A stretch of 64,000 nt of DNA from Myxococcales bacterium (GCA_020633315.1 JACKDV010000004.1:448071-512070), one strand, 5' to 3'. Positions 39,551-49,336 are shown, counted from the stretch's first letter. The notes: generated by a model from the letters alone, not told the origin. A program made the numbers and translations.

Positions 39551-42478
39551 ATGGTGCGGATTCGCAGGTTCGTTGTGAATAGAACGCTTGCCCTCGCTCT
39601 CGTCGCCGTCCTGTGGCCTCTCACCGCGGAGGCGATCGAGGCTCCCACGGGCGCCCTCGCGACCGGCCCCGGTCGCCTCGAGCTGGCCGATGGTCGCGTG
39701 CTCGTGCCCGCCGTCCCGCATCGCTGGCGCGCCAGCGCGGCCGCGCCCTCGCAGGCCCGGGCCTTCGATGCCCTGGTCGCGGAGCTCGGTCCCACCTGGG
39801 CCACCTGGGATCCCACCGGCGAGCACCCCCGCCAGATCCTCACCACCGGGCTCGAGGCTCCGGGCACGGTGGCCCACGCGGCCGAGGCCGAGCGCTTCGC
39901 TCGCGAGCTGCTCGAGCGCCACCTCGAGCTGCTCGCCCCCGGCACCAGCCCCGGCGACTTCGTGGTGATCGCCAACGAGCTGTCGGGGGGCCTGCGCAGC
40001 GTGGGCTTCGCCCAGCGCTCGGGCGGTCGCGAGGTGGTGGGCGGACAGATCGGCATGGTCTTCGCCCACGACCGCCTGGTGATGATCAACAGCCTGGCGC
40101 AGCCGCACGTGCTGGTGCCGACCACTGCCTCGCGGATCTCCGACGCCACCGCGCGCGACCGGGCCCAGCGCTGGATCACCGACGACCTGGCCGCCGCCAC
40201 CCTGCGCACCCGCCCGACCGTCGAGGGCCCGCTGGTGCTGCCAGTGGGCGACGCGAGCGGGCCTCGCTACCGCGAGGTGCTGCGCGCCGAGGTCCGCACC
40301 GAGCAGCCGCTGGGGCGCCTGTGGGTCTACCTCGACGCCGAGACCGGCGAGCCCGTGGCCCGCGAGTCGCGGATGCACTACGCCAGCGGGCAGGTCGTCT
40401 ACGACACGCCGCAGCGCAGCCCCACCCTCGGGCGCATCCTCGTGCCGGCGCCCTTCACCGAGCACGTGGTCGGCGGCTTCGCCCAGGTCAGCGATCCCTC
40501 GGGCTTCGTCACCTTCCCCGGCCCCACCACCAACGTGCAGCCCGGCCTGCACGGCCCCCTCGCGGCGGTCACCGACGAGGCGGGCCCGCTGGCGAGCTCC
40601 TCGCTGTTCCTCCCCGACGGCGGCAGCGCGACCTGGAGCGCCGCCACCAGCGAGCTCGCCGACGCGCAGCTCACCACCTACGCCCACACCCTGGCGGTCA
40701 AGAGCTACGTGCGGGCCTTCGCGTCGGACCTCGCCTGGCTCGACCAGCAGATCAGCACCACCGTCAACATCGACGACGTGTGCAACGCGATGTCGGACGG
40801 CGACTCGCTGTTCTTCCTGCGCTCGAGCCCCGCCTGCGAGAACTCGGGGCGGATGCCCGACGTCGTCTACCACGAGTTCGGCCACTCGGTTCACCATCAG
40901 TCGCTCATCCCCGGCGTGGGCCTGTTCGACGGCGCGCTCTCGGAGGGCATCTCGGACTACCTGAGCGCCACCATCCAGAACGACTCGGGCGTGGGGCGTG
41001 GCTTCTTCTACACCAGCGAGCCGCTGCGCGAGCTCGACCCCGACGGCTTCGAGTGGACCTGGCCGCAGGACAACGGCGAGGTGCACGACGCCGGCCGCAT
41101 CATCGGCGGCACGCTGTGGGACCTCCGCACCCTGCTCATCGCCAAGTACGGCCAGGCCGAGGGCGTGCGCCAGGCCGACACGCTCTACTACCAGGCCACC
41201 CGCCGCGCGGTCGACATGCCCTCGATGTACGGCGCGGCCCTCATCGCCGACGACGACGACGGCGACCTGGGCAACGGCACGCCCAACGTGTGTGAGATCA
41301 ACGCGGCCTTCGGCGCCCACGGCCTGTTCTCCAGCAGCGATCCCGGGGCCGAGCGCATCTACGCCGACGAGCTGCCCGAGGGGCTGCACGTCTACGTGGC
41401 CCTCGACCTGCCCAACTTCGAGGCCTGCCCCCTGGGGGCCTCGGTGCAGATCGAGTGGGGCCCCCGCGACGGCGACGGCACCACCCAGGTCGCCGAGATG
41501 TTCCCCATCGAGGGCGGCTTCCAGAACGTGATCCCGCCGCTGCCCTCCGGGCAGGTGATGCGCTACCGCGTGCACGTGCGCTACGACAACGGGGCCGAGC
41601 GGCAGGTGCCGGCCAACCTCGGCGATCCCTGGCTCGAGCACTGGTTCGGCGAGGTCGAGCCGATCTACTGCACCAGCTTCGCCGACGGCACCAGCGACGG
41701 CTGGAGCGCGCCCGCCCCCTGGGACGTGGACGCCCCGCTGGGCCTGGCCGGCGATCCGGCGGCCACCGCCGGGCCCGATCCCTTCGTGCTAGGCCTCGAT
41801 CTCAACGGCGACGGCTACTACCTGCCCTGGTCCACCGCCACCGCCGAGAGCCCGGAGATCACCATCCCGCGGGCCTACGAGTCGATCCGCCTGCACTACC
41901 AGCGCTGGCTCACCGTGGAGGACGGCTTCTACGACCAGGCCCACATCCTGGTCGACGGCGACGAGGCGTGGAGCAACTACGCCAGCCCCGACGACTTCAA
42001 CGGCGCCACCACCCACCACCGCGACGCCCAGTGGGCGTTCCACGACGTGGACATCACCGAGTGGGCCCTGGACGGCTCGGTGCGCCTGGGCTTCACCCTC
42101 GCCAGCGACGGCGGCCTGGAGATGGGCGGCTGGAACGTCGACGAGCTGTGCGTGGTGGGCTACTCGCCGCTGGGCGAGCCCCCGCCGCCCGGCTGCGGCG
42201 ACGGGGTGGTCGACGCGGGCGAGGAGTGCGACGACGGCAACGTGTTCGACGGCGACGGCTGCAGCTCGCAGTGCCTGATGGAGGGCACGGACGACGGCGA
42301 TCCCTCGAGCTCGGGCGACGACTCCGGGGGAGGCGGGGGCGGCAGCGGGGGCCTGGTGGACGGTCACCTCATCGATCGCGGCTGCGCGTGCCAGGCCGAG
42401 CCGGGCGGCGGCCGCGGGCGCTGGGGCCTCGCCCTGCTGCCGCTGCTGTGGGCGGCGGTGCGTCGGCGCCGACGCTGA
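39551..42478 (+). CDS. Secreted thermolysin-like (M4-type HExxH...E) zinc metalloprotease with Myxococcus cysteine-rich repeat and MYXO-CTERM
   Basis: Signal peptide, VVYHEFGHSVHH plus GALSEGISDY (third zinc ligand, as in thermolysin), CGDGVVDAGEECDDGNVFDGDGCSSQC repeat, and the ending GCACQAEPGGG...LLPLLWAAVRRRRR. Confidence 0.85.
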   Translation: MVRIRRFVVNRTLALALVAVLWPLTAEAIEAPTGALATGPGRLELADGRVLVPAVPHRWRASAAAPSQARAFDALVAELGPTWATWDPTGEHPRQILTTGLEAPGTVAHAAEAERFARELLERHLELLAPGTSPGDFVVIANELSGGLRSVGFAQRSGGREVVGGQIGMVFAHDRLVMINSLAQPHVLVPTTASRISDATARDRAQRWITDDLAAATLRTRPTVEGPLVLPVGDASGPRYREVLRAEVRTEQPLGRLWVYLDAETGEPVARESRMHYASGQVVYDTPQRSPTLGRILVPAPFTEHVVGGFAQVSDPSGFVTFPGPTTNVQPGLHGPLAAVTDEAGPLASSSLFLPDGGSATWSAATSELADAQLTTYAHTLAVKSYVRAFASDLAWLDQQISTTVNIDDVCNAMSDGDSLFFLRSSPACENSGRMPDVVYHEFGHSVHHQSLIPGVGLFDGALSEGISDYLSATIQNDSGVGRGFFYTSEPLRELDPDGFEWTWPQDNGEVHDAGRIIGGTLWDLRTLLIAKYGQAEGVRQADTLYYQATRRAVDMPSMYGAALIADDDDGDLGNGTPNVCEINAAFGAHGLFSSSDPGAERIYADELPEGLHVYVALDLPNFEACPLGASVQIEWGPRDGDGTTQVAEMFPIEGGFQNVIPPLPSGQVMRYRVHVRYDNGAERQVPANLGDPWLEHWFGEVEPIYCTSFADGTSDGWSAPAPWDVDAPLGLAGDPAATAGPDPFVLGLDLNGDGYYLPWSTATAESPEITIPRAYESIRLHYQRWLTVEDGFYDQAHILVDGDEAWSNYASPDDFNGATTHHRDAQWAFHDVDITEWALDGSVRLGFTLASDGGLEMGGWNVDELCVVGYSPLGEPPPPGCGDGVVDAGEECDDGNVFDGDGCSSQCLMEGTDDGDPSSSGDDSGGGGGGSGGLVDGHLIDRGCACQAEPGGGRGRWGLALLPLLWAAVRRRRR

Positions 42479-42512
42479 GGCCTCGATCTCCCTCCTGCGA
42501 CCAGTCGTCCCC

Positions 42513-43451
42513 ATGAAGCTCATCGGTGCATGCCAGCCTCGCTCGGGGACGATGTCCCTGCTGACCGCCATCGAGCGGATGGGCGGGCGCTGCTACCACA
42601 TGAAGGTCGTCCTGCAGAACACGCTCGAGGGGCGGGGCGACCTCTACAAGTGGTTCCGCATCGCGGCGCTCGAGCCCTTCGACGCGGAGCGCCTGCGGCT
42701 GCTCCGGGAGCTCTTCGCCGGCTACGACGCCTGCGTCGATGCCCCCGCCTGCTACGTCTACGAGGAGCTGCGCCACCTCTTCCCCGACGCGCGCGTGGCC
42801 CTCACCAAGCGCGATGCCTCGAGGTGGCTCGCGTCGGTGTGCGACACCGTCCTGCGTCCGCACCGCTTCGCCCAGCGGCCGCTGGTGCGGGTGTGCATGG
42901 CCATCGTCGACCTCGTGTGGCGGATCCCGGTCGTGGGCGGCATCGGCATCATCGGCAAGATCGCCGCCCTGCCCCCAGCCGTCGCGATGCGCCCCTACCT
43001 CGACGAGCACGGCGAGCTGCTGGATTTCTACGACGAGCACAACCACGACGAGATCCGGGCGCGCTACCACCACTACATCGAGGGCGTGGAGCGAGCCGTG
43101 CCCGCGGACCAGCTCGTCGTGCTCGAGGCGCCCTACGAGGATGCCTACCGCGAGCTCGGCCCGATCTTCGGGGTGGAGATCCCCGCCGACGAGCCCTGGC
43201 CCCACGTCAACGACCGCAAGGACGTCAACCGCAGCCTCGACATCGTGATGGCCTTGCTGGTGATCGTGCCCCTGACCTTCGTGGGCGCCCTGCTGGCGCT
43301 GGTCTACGCGCTGCTCACCGCGCCGCGGCTCGCGGTGGTGGTGGTGGCCGTCGTGGTGGCGACGATCGTCGGGGTGCGGTGGTTGCTGCGGTGGCTGCTC
43401 GCCCGGGTCGGCCAGCACGACGCGGCCAAGCGCAGCCCCGCCCCACCGTGA
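42513..43451 (+). CDS. Sulfotransferase-family protein with C-terminal TM helices
   Basis: PAPS 5'-phosphosulfate-binding-type motif CQPRSGTMS. The hydrophobic C-terminus is LLVIVPLTFVGALLALVYALL.... Confidence 0.65.
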   Translation: MKLIGACQPRSGTMSLLTAIERMGGRCYHMKVVLQNTLEGRGDLYKWFRIAALEPFDAERLRLLRELFAGYDACVDAPACYVYEELRHLFPDARVALTKRDASRWLASVCDTVLRPHRFAQRPLVRVCMAIVDLVWRIPVVGGIGIIGKIAALPPAVAMRPYLDEHGELLDFYDEHNHDEIRARYHHYIEGVERAVPADQLVVLEAPYEDAYRELGPIFGVEIPADEPWPHVNDRKDVNRSLDIVMALLVIVPLTFVGALLALVYALLTAPRLAVVVVAVVVATIVGVRWLLRWLLARVGQHDAAKRSPAPP

Positions 43452-43472
43452 GCCCGCGAGCGGGCGTCGGCG

Positions 43473-45761
43473 CTACGACCCCGGCCGCGGGTGCTCGGCG
43501 AGGAAGCGCGCCAGCACCTCCGGCACCGGGCCGGGCTTCGCGATCGCCTCGAGCAGGTCGAGCTGGTACCGCAGCGTGTCCAGCTCGCCCCGCCCCACGC
43601 CCCACCAGCGCATGCGACCCCAGCCGTAGGACAAGAGCTGGTTGTCGTCGGTGACGGCCTCCTCGAGCTGGGCGTAGCGCTCGAGCGCGTCGGGGCCGTA
43701 GCGCAGGCGCGCCGCCACCTCGGCCGGCGCGAGGTCTCGCGGCACGTCGCGCTCCAGGCCGGGGAACAGCGGGCCCTCGCCCTTGCGCCCCACGAGGATC
43801 CCGGTGCCCTCGGGATCGATCCACAGGAAGCCCTGCGGAAAGTGCTGGAGGAAGGCCCCCACGATCGCGGCGGACTCCTCGGGAGACACCAGGTGGAAGG
43901 GCAGCCACTGGGCGATCACGCCGTCGGCCGCGAGGCGCTCGTATGCGAGGGCGTAGAAGTCCGCGGAGTAGAGCGCGTTGGAGCCAGCAAAGGTGGGCGG
44001 CATGGGCTCGAGGGTGATCACGTCGTACGCGGTGTCGGTGCGCCGCAGCCACGCCCGCCCGTCCATCACCCGCGGGGTGACGCGGGGGTCGTCGAGCACG
44101 CCCTCGTTCTCGGGGAAGTGCGGGGCCATCTGCAGCACGGTGCCGCTGACGTCCACCACGTCGAGGTGGGCGGGGCCCTCCTTGCGCACCGCGTTCGCGG
44201 TCTGGCCGGTGCCGAAGCAGATCACCAGGGCCTGCCGGGGATCGGGGTGCATCAGCATGGGCAGGTGCCCCATCCACGGCATGTAGTGCGAGCCCGAAGA
44301 GGTGGTCGACGCGTAGAAGCCGTCGATCACCAGGTGCCGCCCGCCGTCGGCGTGCTCGATGACCGAGACGGTGGCATCGGGGCCCTCCTTCGAGGCGATC
44401 ACCACGTGCGCCTCGTCGAGGTTGGTCTGCACCCGCAGCGTGCCCACCTCGCTGGCCCCGGCCACCGCCACCACCACGCCGAGCCCGGCGACCACCAGGT
44501 GACGGACGCGACGGGAGCGGTCGAGCAGCAGCGCCGCGCCGGCGAGCACCGCCGCCGCCACCCAGGCCGTGCGGGCGAAGCCGATGCCGGGCAGCAGCAC
44601 CCAGGCGGCGAGCAGCGAGCCGAGGGTGGCCCCGAGGGTGTTGAGGGCGTACAGGAGCCCCACGCCCCGCGAGTCGCGGGTGGCCTCGAGCACCCAGGGC
44701 AGGCCCACCCCGATGAGCGCCATCGAGGGGCCGAGCACGGCGAGCGCGAGCCCCAGCCGTCGCGCGACCGCATGGGTGAAGGTGCTCGGCTCGGAGGCGC
44801 CGACCAGCACGAGGTCGATGCGCTCGATCACCGGCGTGGTCACCAGCACCACGAAGGCCGCGGCGACGAGGATGGTGCCGAGCGAGGGGCGAGCGCGTCG
44901 GGCCAGCCAGGGAGCCACCGCGCCGCCGAGGGCCAGGGGCAGCAGCACGCCGAAGAGCACCAGCGCGAAGCTGTCGGTGGTGGCCTGGTAGGCGGCGCGT
45001 AGCGATCGGAACCACGCAACCTCGAGCGCGAAGGTGGCGAAGCCCGTGCAGAGCACCACCGTCCGCGCCACGCGGGGTGGCAGGGGAGCGATCGGCGAGC
45101 GATCGGCGGGCTCGGCCTCGCGGCGGTCGGGCTCGGCCTCGGCCTCGGCGCGCGCCCGCACCCGTGCCCGCGCCCGCGCCCGCGAGGCCAGCCCGAGCAG
45201 GGCCGCCCCGATGAGCCCGTCGATCAGGCTGGCGATCGAGACCGTGAGGCTCACGCCGACGGCGGGGATGAAGACGAACGAGGCCGCGATGATCCCCACC
45301 GCCGCCCCGGCCACGTTGGCCGCGTACAGGCGCCCGATGGAGAGCGCGCGCTGCCTCGCCACGCCCGCGAGCACCGGGATCGTGGCGCCCATCAGCGCGG
45401 CGGGCACGGTCAGCAGCAGCAGCATGCCGGCGAGCTGGACCAGGGGAGCCAGGCCCGGCGAGCTGCGCCACACCGCGGTGTCGAGCTCGGCCAGCGCCGC
45501 GAAGCCGGGCTCGAGGGCCTGGCCGCACAGGGCGACGCCGATCTCCAGCGCGCCCCACAGCGCGAGCAGGCTCGCCGCGGGGTGTCGCGCGAGCCAGCGC
45601 CCGCCGAGCTCGGCTCCCAGCGCCAGGCCGATCGAGAACGCCACCAGGGTGAGCGCCGCCCCCTGCGACGAGATCCCGAGCGAGAGCGCCGTGTAGTGCA
45701 GCCACAGGAGCTCCCACGCCAGCCCGGCCACGCCACCGAGGGCCGCGATCGCGTAGAGCAT
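43473..45761 (-). CDS. Polytopic membrane protein fused to spermidine-synthase-like (class I SAM MTase-fold) domain
   Basis: About 8 N-terminal TM helices, then a PABS-like core (LVICFGTGQTA, DVITLEP). Paralog of 53937..56399. Confidence 0.75.
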   Translation of the reverse strand: MLYAIAALGGVAGLAWELLWLHYTALSLGISSQGAALTLVAFSIGLALGAELGGRWLARHPAASLLALWGALEIGVALCGQALEPGFAALAELDTAVWRSSPGLAPLVQLAGMLLLLTVPAALMGATIPVLAGVARQRALSIGRLYAANVAGAAVGIIAASFVFIPAVGVSLTVSIASLIDGLIGAALLGLASRARARARVRARAEAEAEPDRREAEPADRSPIAPLPPRVARTVVLCTGFATFALEVAWFRSLRAAYQATTDSFALVLFGVLLPLALGGAVAPWLARRARPSLGTILVAAAFVVLVTTPVIERIDLVLVGASEPSTFTHAVARRLGLALAVLGPSMALIGVGLPWVLEATRDSRGVGLLYALNTLGATLGSLLAAWVLLPGIGFARTAWVAAAVLAGAALLLDRSRRVRHLVVAGLGVVVAVAGASEVGTLRVQTNLDEAHVVIASKEGPDATVSVIEHADGGRHLVIDGFYASTTSSGSHYMPWMGHLPMLMHPDPRQALVICFGTGQTANAVRKEGPAHLDVVDVSGTVLQMAPHFPENEGVLDDPRVTPRVMDGRAWLRRTDTAYDVITLEPMPPTFAGSNALYSADFYALAYERLAADGVIAQWLPFHLVSPEESAAIVGAFLQHFPQGFLWIDPEGTGILVGRKGEGPLFPGLERDVPRDLAPAEVAARLRYGPDALERYAQLEEAVTDDNQLLSYGWGRMRWWGVGRGELDTLRYQLDLLEAIAKPGPVPEVLARFLAEHPRPGS

Positions 45762-45927
45762 TCCTCGACGATATCAACCCCGCGGGCCCGAGCCCCCGCC
45801 CGGCACCCTCGCCCGCAGGCACGACGGCGGGCCTCGGTCGCCGCGACCAACGACGAGGGGCCGGGGTGGCACCCGAGCCCGCGGCCACGGCCGCGGCCCG
45901 CGGGGCGCAAAGCACCGGCCAAGCGGG

Positions 45928-45953
45928 GAATTTCGCCACGAGCCGCGAAATTC
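45928..45953. promoter_or_regulatory. AT-rich perfect palindrome GAATTTCGC-N8-GCGAAATTC in divergent intergenic region
   Basis: 9-bp perfect inverted arms in a 72% GC background, 53 nt upstream of the DUF481 gene start. Confidence 0.4.
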
Positions 45954-46005
45954 GGGCTCGACCGCGGGAAGCCGGCCGGGAACACGAGTAGGATGGGCGC
46001 CGCTC

Positions 46006-46944
46006 ATGCGACGACGCCTCGCAATCGCCGCGGCCGGGCTCGCGACCTCGCTGCTCGCCAACGTGGCGGCCGCGGCCGGTCCCGCCGAGTCCGAGCCTGC
46101 TCCTCCGGCCGGAACCGCCACCAAGGACCCCGCCACCTCGGGCTCGACCGAGCTCGCCGGACAAGGCTCGTTCGGCACCGTGGCCACACAGGACGAGGAG
46201 GCGGGCGACACCCTCGAGTGGGACCTGTCCTTCGGCGCGCTGCTGAGCACCGGCAACGCGCGCAGCACCGCGATCACCGGCGGCACCAACTTCCTGCTCC
46301 GCCGCGGCCGCCACCAGATCTACGCGACCTTCCTGGGTAACTACGGCCGCGCTGCCGCGAGCGTGAACGACGAGGTCGTCGACACGGTGGGCAACCTGCA
46401 GGGCCGCGCCCGCTACGACCTGTTCGTGGGCAAGCGCTGGTCGGTGTTCGGCATGGTCACCGCGCGCCACGATCCCTTCCAGCGCCTCGACCTGCGGCTC
46501 AACGTGGACCCGGGCGCCGCGCTCTACGTGATCAACCGCGCCAAGGAGCAGCTCCGCTTCGAGGCCGGCTACGACTTCCAGCTCGACGTCCGCGATCCCG
46601 ACTCGGCGGTGGAGCTCGAGGCCGACGGCTCGCCGGTGTACGACGCCCAGGGCAACTTCATCCCGCTGGACCACACCCGCATCACCCACGCGGCACGCCT
46701 GGCCGCGGGCTACAGCAACAAGGTCAACGAGGCCGTCGGCTTCTCCACCGAGCTCGAGTACCTGCAGAGCCTGCTCCAGGCCCAGCGCTGGCGCCTCAAC
46801 TGGGTGACCAGCCTCTCCACCGTGCTCGTGCGCAAGCTGTCGCTGTCCGCCACCTTCAACCTGCGGATGGACAACGACCCCCTGCCCGGCGTCAAGCACC
46901 TGGACACCATCACCTCGGTCAACCTGGTCTATCGCTTCTTGTAG
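46006..46944 (+). CDS. DUF481-family outer-membrane beta-barrel protein
   Basis: Signal peptide and alternating amphipathic beta strands. C-terminal ...VNLVYRF-L, typical of OMP beta-barrels. Confidence 0.7.
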   Translation: MRRRLAIAAAGLATSLLANVAAAAGPAESEPAPPAGTATKDPATSGSTELAGQGSFGTVATQDEEAGDTLEWDLSFGALLSTGNARSTAITGGTNFLLRRGRHQIYATFLGNYGRAAASVNDEVVDTVGNLQGRARYDLFVGKRWSVFGMVTARHDPFQRLDLRLNVDPGAALYVINRAKEQLRFEAGYDFQLDVRDPDSAVELEADGSPVYDAQGNFIPLDHTRITHAARLAAGYSNKVNEAVGFSTELEYLQSLLQAQRWRLNWVTSLSTVLVRKLSLSATFNLRMDNDPLPGVKHLDTITSVNLVYRFL

Positions 46945-47021
46945 GCGCGACCTCACGGGCCGCCACCCGCCCGAGACGTCCCGGTCGCTCCGTCGTCACC
47001 TCGTCGCGAAAGAGTCCACCC

Positions 47022-48473
47022 GTGCTCCACCGATCGCTCCCGCCCCTGGCGGCGCTCGCCCTCGCCGCTGCCCTGCCCGCCAAGGCCACCGCCGCCCCCG
47101 TCGAGCTGGTCGAGCTCGGCGAGGACGGCGAGGTCGCCGAGGAGGAGGCTCCCGATCCCGCGCTGCAGCGCCCGTGGATCCGCCGCTACACGCCGCGCCG
47201 CGGCATGTGGGAGACGGGCTTCTTCGGCGGGGTGTGGCTGCCCTCCGACGTCATCGAGCTGCACGACCGCAACCTGCCGCCCATCCGCTATGACCTCGGG
47301 GCCGAGCTCGGCCTGCGCCTGGGCTACTACCCGCTGCGCCACCTGGGGCTCGAGGGCGAGCTGGCCATGATCCCCACGCGGGTGGAGACCGAGCAGCGGG
47401 CGTTCGTCTCCACCGCCCGCGCCGGCGCCGTGGTGCAGCTCGGCCTGTTCCGCCTGGTGCCCTTCGCGGTGATCGGCGGCGGCGTGATCGCGGTGCGCAG
47501 CGAGCCCGACGCGGCCGGCCGCAACGGCGACGAGATGCTCTACGTGGGCGGCGGCCTCAAGTACTTCGTCAACCAGCACATCGTGCTGCGCCTGGAGGGG
47601 CGCGACATGATGTCGCCCAAGGAGGGCCGCACCCCCGCCGCGCCCGCCCACAGCGGCGAGGTGCTGCTGGGCTTCTCGCTCGCCTTCGGCCCCCGCGGCG
47701 CCGACGAGCCCCCGCCGCCGCCCGACAGCGACGGCGACGGCTTCCTCGATCCCGACGACGCCTGCGTCGACGAGGCCGGCATCGCCCCCGACGGCTGCCC
47801 GGCTCGCGACGCGGACGGCGACGGCTTCCTCGACGCCGAGGATGCCTGCGCCGACGAGGCCGGCACGGCTCCCGACGGCTGCCCCGTCCCCGACAGCGAC
47901 GGCGACGGCTTCCTCGATCCCGACGACGCCTGCATCGACGAGGCGGGCGAGGAGCCCGACGGCTGCCCCATCCGCGACGAGGACGGCGACGGCCTGCTCG
48001 CGCCGCAGGACCAGTGCCCCCAGGAGCCCGAGACGGTCAACGGCTTCGACGACGACGACGGCTGCCCCGATGAGCTGCCCGAGGAGGTCAAGAAGTACAC
48101 CGGGGTGATCGAGGGCATCTTCTTCGACACCGGCCGGTCCTCCATCCGCGACGAGTCCTTCCCCACCCTCGACGCGGCGGTGAAGGTGCTCGCCGACTAC
48201 CCCTCGCTGCGGGTGGAGATCAGCGGGCACACCGACGACCGCGGCAAGCGGGACAAGAACCTGGGGCTGTCGCAGGATCGCGCCGACGCGGTCAAGCAGT
48301 ACATGGTCGACAAGGGCATCGACGCGGGGCGCATCACCACCCGCGGGGCCGGTCCCGACGAGCCGATCGGCGACAACAAGACCAAGGCGGGCCGACAGCA
48401 GAACCGACGCATCGAGTTCAAGCTGATCACCGAGCCGGCGAAGGCCACCTTCGTCGCGCCCGAGCCCTCGTGA
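47022..48473 (+). CDS. OmpA-family protein: N-terminal beta-barrel, thrombospondin type-3 (Ca-binding) repeats, C-terminal OmpA peptidoglycan-binding domain
   Basis: GTG start. It has four DSDGDGFLDPDDAC.DEAG..PDGCP repeats. The OmpA-like motif is ISGHTDDRG...NLGLSQDRADAVKQYM. Confidence 0.9.
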   Translation: MLHRSLPPLAALALAAALPAKATAAPVELVELGEDGEVAEEEAPDPALQRPWIRRYTPRRGMWETGFFGGVWLPSDVIELHDRNLPPIRYDLGAELGLRLGYYPLRHLGLEGELAMIPTRVETEQRAFVSTARAGAVVQLGLFRLVPFAVIGGGVIAVRSEPDAAGRNGDEMLYVGGGLKYFVNQHIVLRLEGRDMMSPKEGRTPAAPAHSGEVLLGFSLAFGPRGADEPPPPPDSDGDGFLDPDDACVDEAGIAPDGCPARDADGDGFLDAEDACADEAGTAPDGCPVPDSDGDGFLDPDDACIDEAGEEPDGCPIRDEDGDGLLAPQDQCPQEPETVNGFDDDDGCPDELPEEVKKYTGVIEGIFFDTGRSSIRDESFPTLDAAVKVLADYPSLRVEISGHTDDRGKRDKNLGLSQDRADAVKQYMVDKGIDAGRITTRGAGPDEPIGDNKTKAGRQQNRRIEFKLITEPAKATFVAPEPS

Positions 48474-48477
48474 TCCG

Positions 48478-48498
48478 CGGTGTGTTGAAACACCGTCG
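48478..48498 (+). terminator. Hairpin CGGTGT-GTTGAA-ACACCG 5 nt after the OmpA-family gene stop
   Basis: 6-bp perfect stem with no U-tract. Confidence 0.25.
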
Positions 48499-48656
48499 CA
48501 GCACTGCAACGCCGACGCGCTCGACCTCGGATCCACGTATCGTGCCAGCTCCTGCCCCGGGGGTGCGACCGGGCGCATGAGGCCTCGACGCGCTACAGTG
48601 TTGGCATCGAAGACGCCAAGGACAATCCAGAGCAACCACATGGCTGGCGGGCCATC

Positions 48657-49004
48657 GTGGGCAGCGATCCCCGCGAGGTGGGCAAGGAGCCCGACTACCG
48701 CTTCAGCCTCGCCAACGAGCGGACCTTCCTCGCCTGGATCCGCACCTCGCTCGCGCTGCTGGCCGGCGGCCTGGCCGTGGCCAAGTTCCTCCCCCTGTTC
48801 GGAGGGAGCCTCGCGCTGTCGCTGCTGCTGATGGCCCTGGGGCTGATCCTCGCCGCCACCTCGTATCGCCGGTGGTCCCGCACCGAGATCGCCCTGCGCA
48901 CGGGCGCCCCGCTGCCCACCTCGCGCCAGCCCGTGCTCCTCGCCCTCGGCGTCACGCTGGTGGGCCTGGCCACCGCCGTGCTCATCGTGTTCGGGGCGAA
49001 GTGA
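48657..49004 (+). CDS. DUF202 (YidH-like) small membrane protein
   Basis: NERTFLAWIRTSLALLAGGLAV signature and two TM helices. GTG start. Confidence 0.7.
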   Translation: MGSDPREVGKEPDYRFSLANERTFLAWIRTSLALLAGGLAVAKFLPLFGGSLALSLLLMALGLILAATSYRRWSRTEIALRTGAPLPTSRQPVLLALGVTLVGLATAVLIVFGAK

Positions 49005-49336
49005 GGCACACCCAGCCCAACAAGGTCTTCGACTCGGGCCTCCAGCAGGAGCGCACCGCCCTCGCCTGGGACCGCACCGGCCTGTCGATGATGGTCGCGG
49101 GCGCGGTGCTGCTGCGCTCGCCCTCGAGCACCTTCATGTTCCTGCCGATCATCGTGGGCGGCGTGGTGGTGGTGACCGGCGCGTGGCTGACCCTCGTGGC
49201 CCACCTGCGCTACAGCAAGCTGCACCGCGTGCTCCGTGCGGAGCAGAGCATCCTCAACCCACGCCTCATCCGCTGGGTCGGCTTCACCACGATGGCCCTG
49301 GCGCTCGCGTCGATCCTCGACGTGCTCGCGATGTGA
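49001..49336 (+). CDS. DUF202 (YidG/YidH-like) small membrane protein, second of a pair
   Basis: QERTALAWDRTGLSMMVAGAVLL signature. The GTG start overlaps the preceding TGA (GTGA). Confidence 0.65.
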   Translation: MRHTQPNKVFDSGLQQERTALAWDRTGLSMMVAGAVLLRSPSSTFMFLPIIVGGVVVVTGAWLTLVAHLRYSKLHRVLRAEQSILNPRLIRWVGFTTMALALASILDVLAM

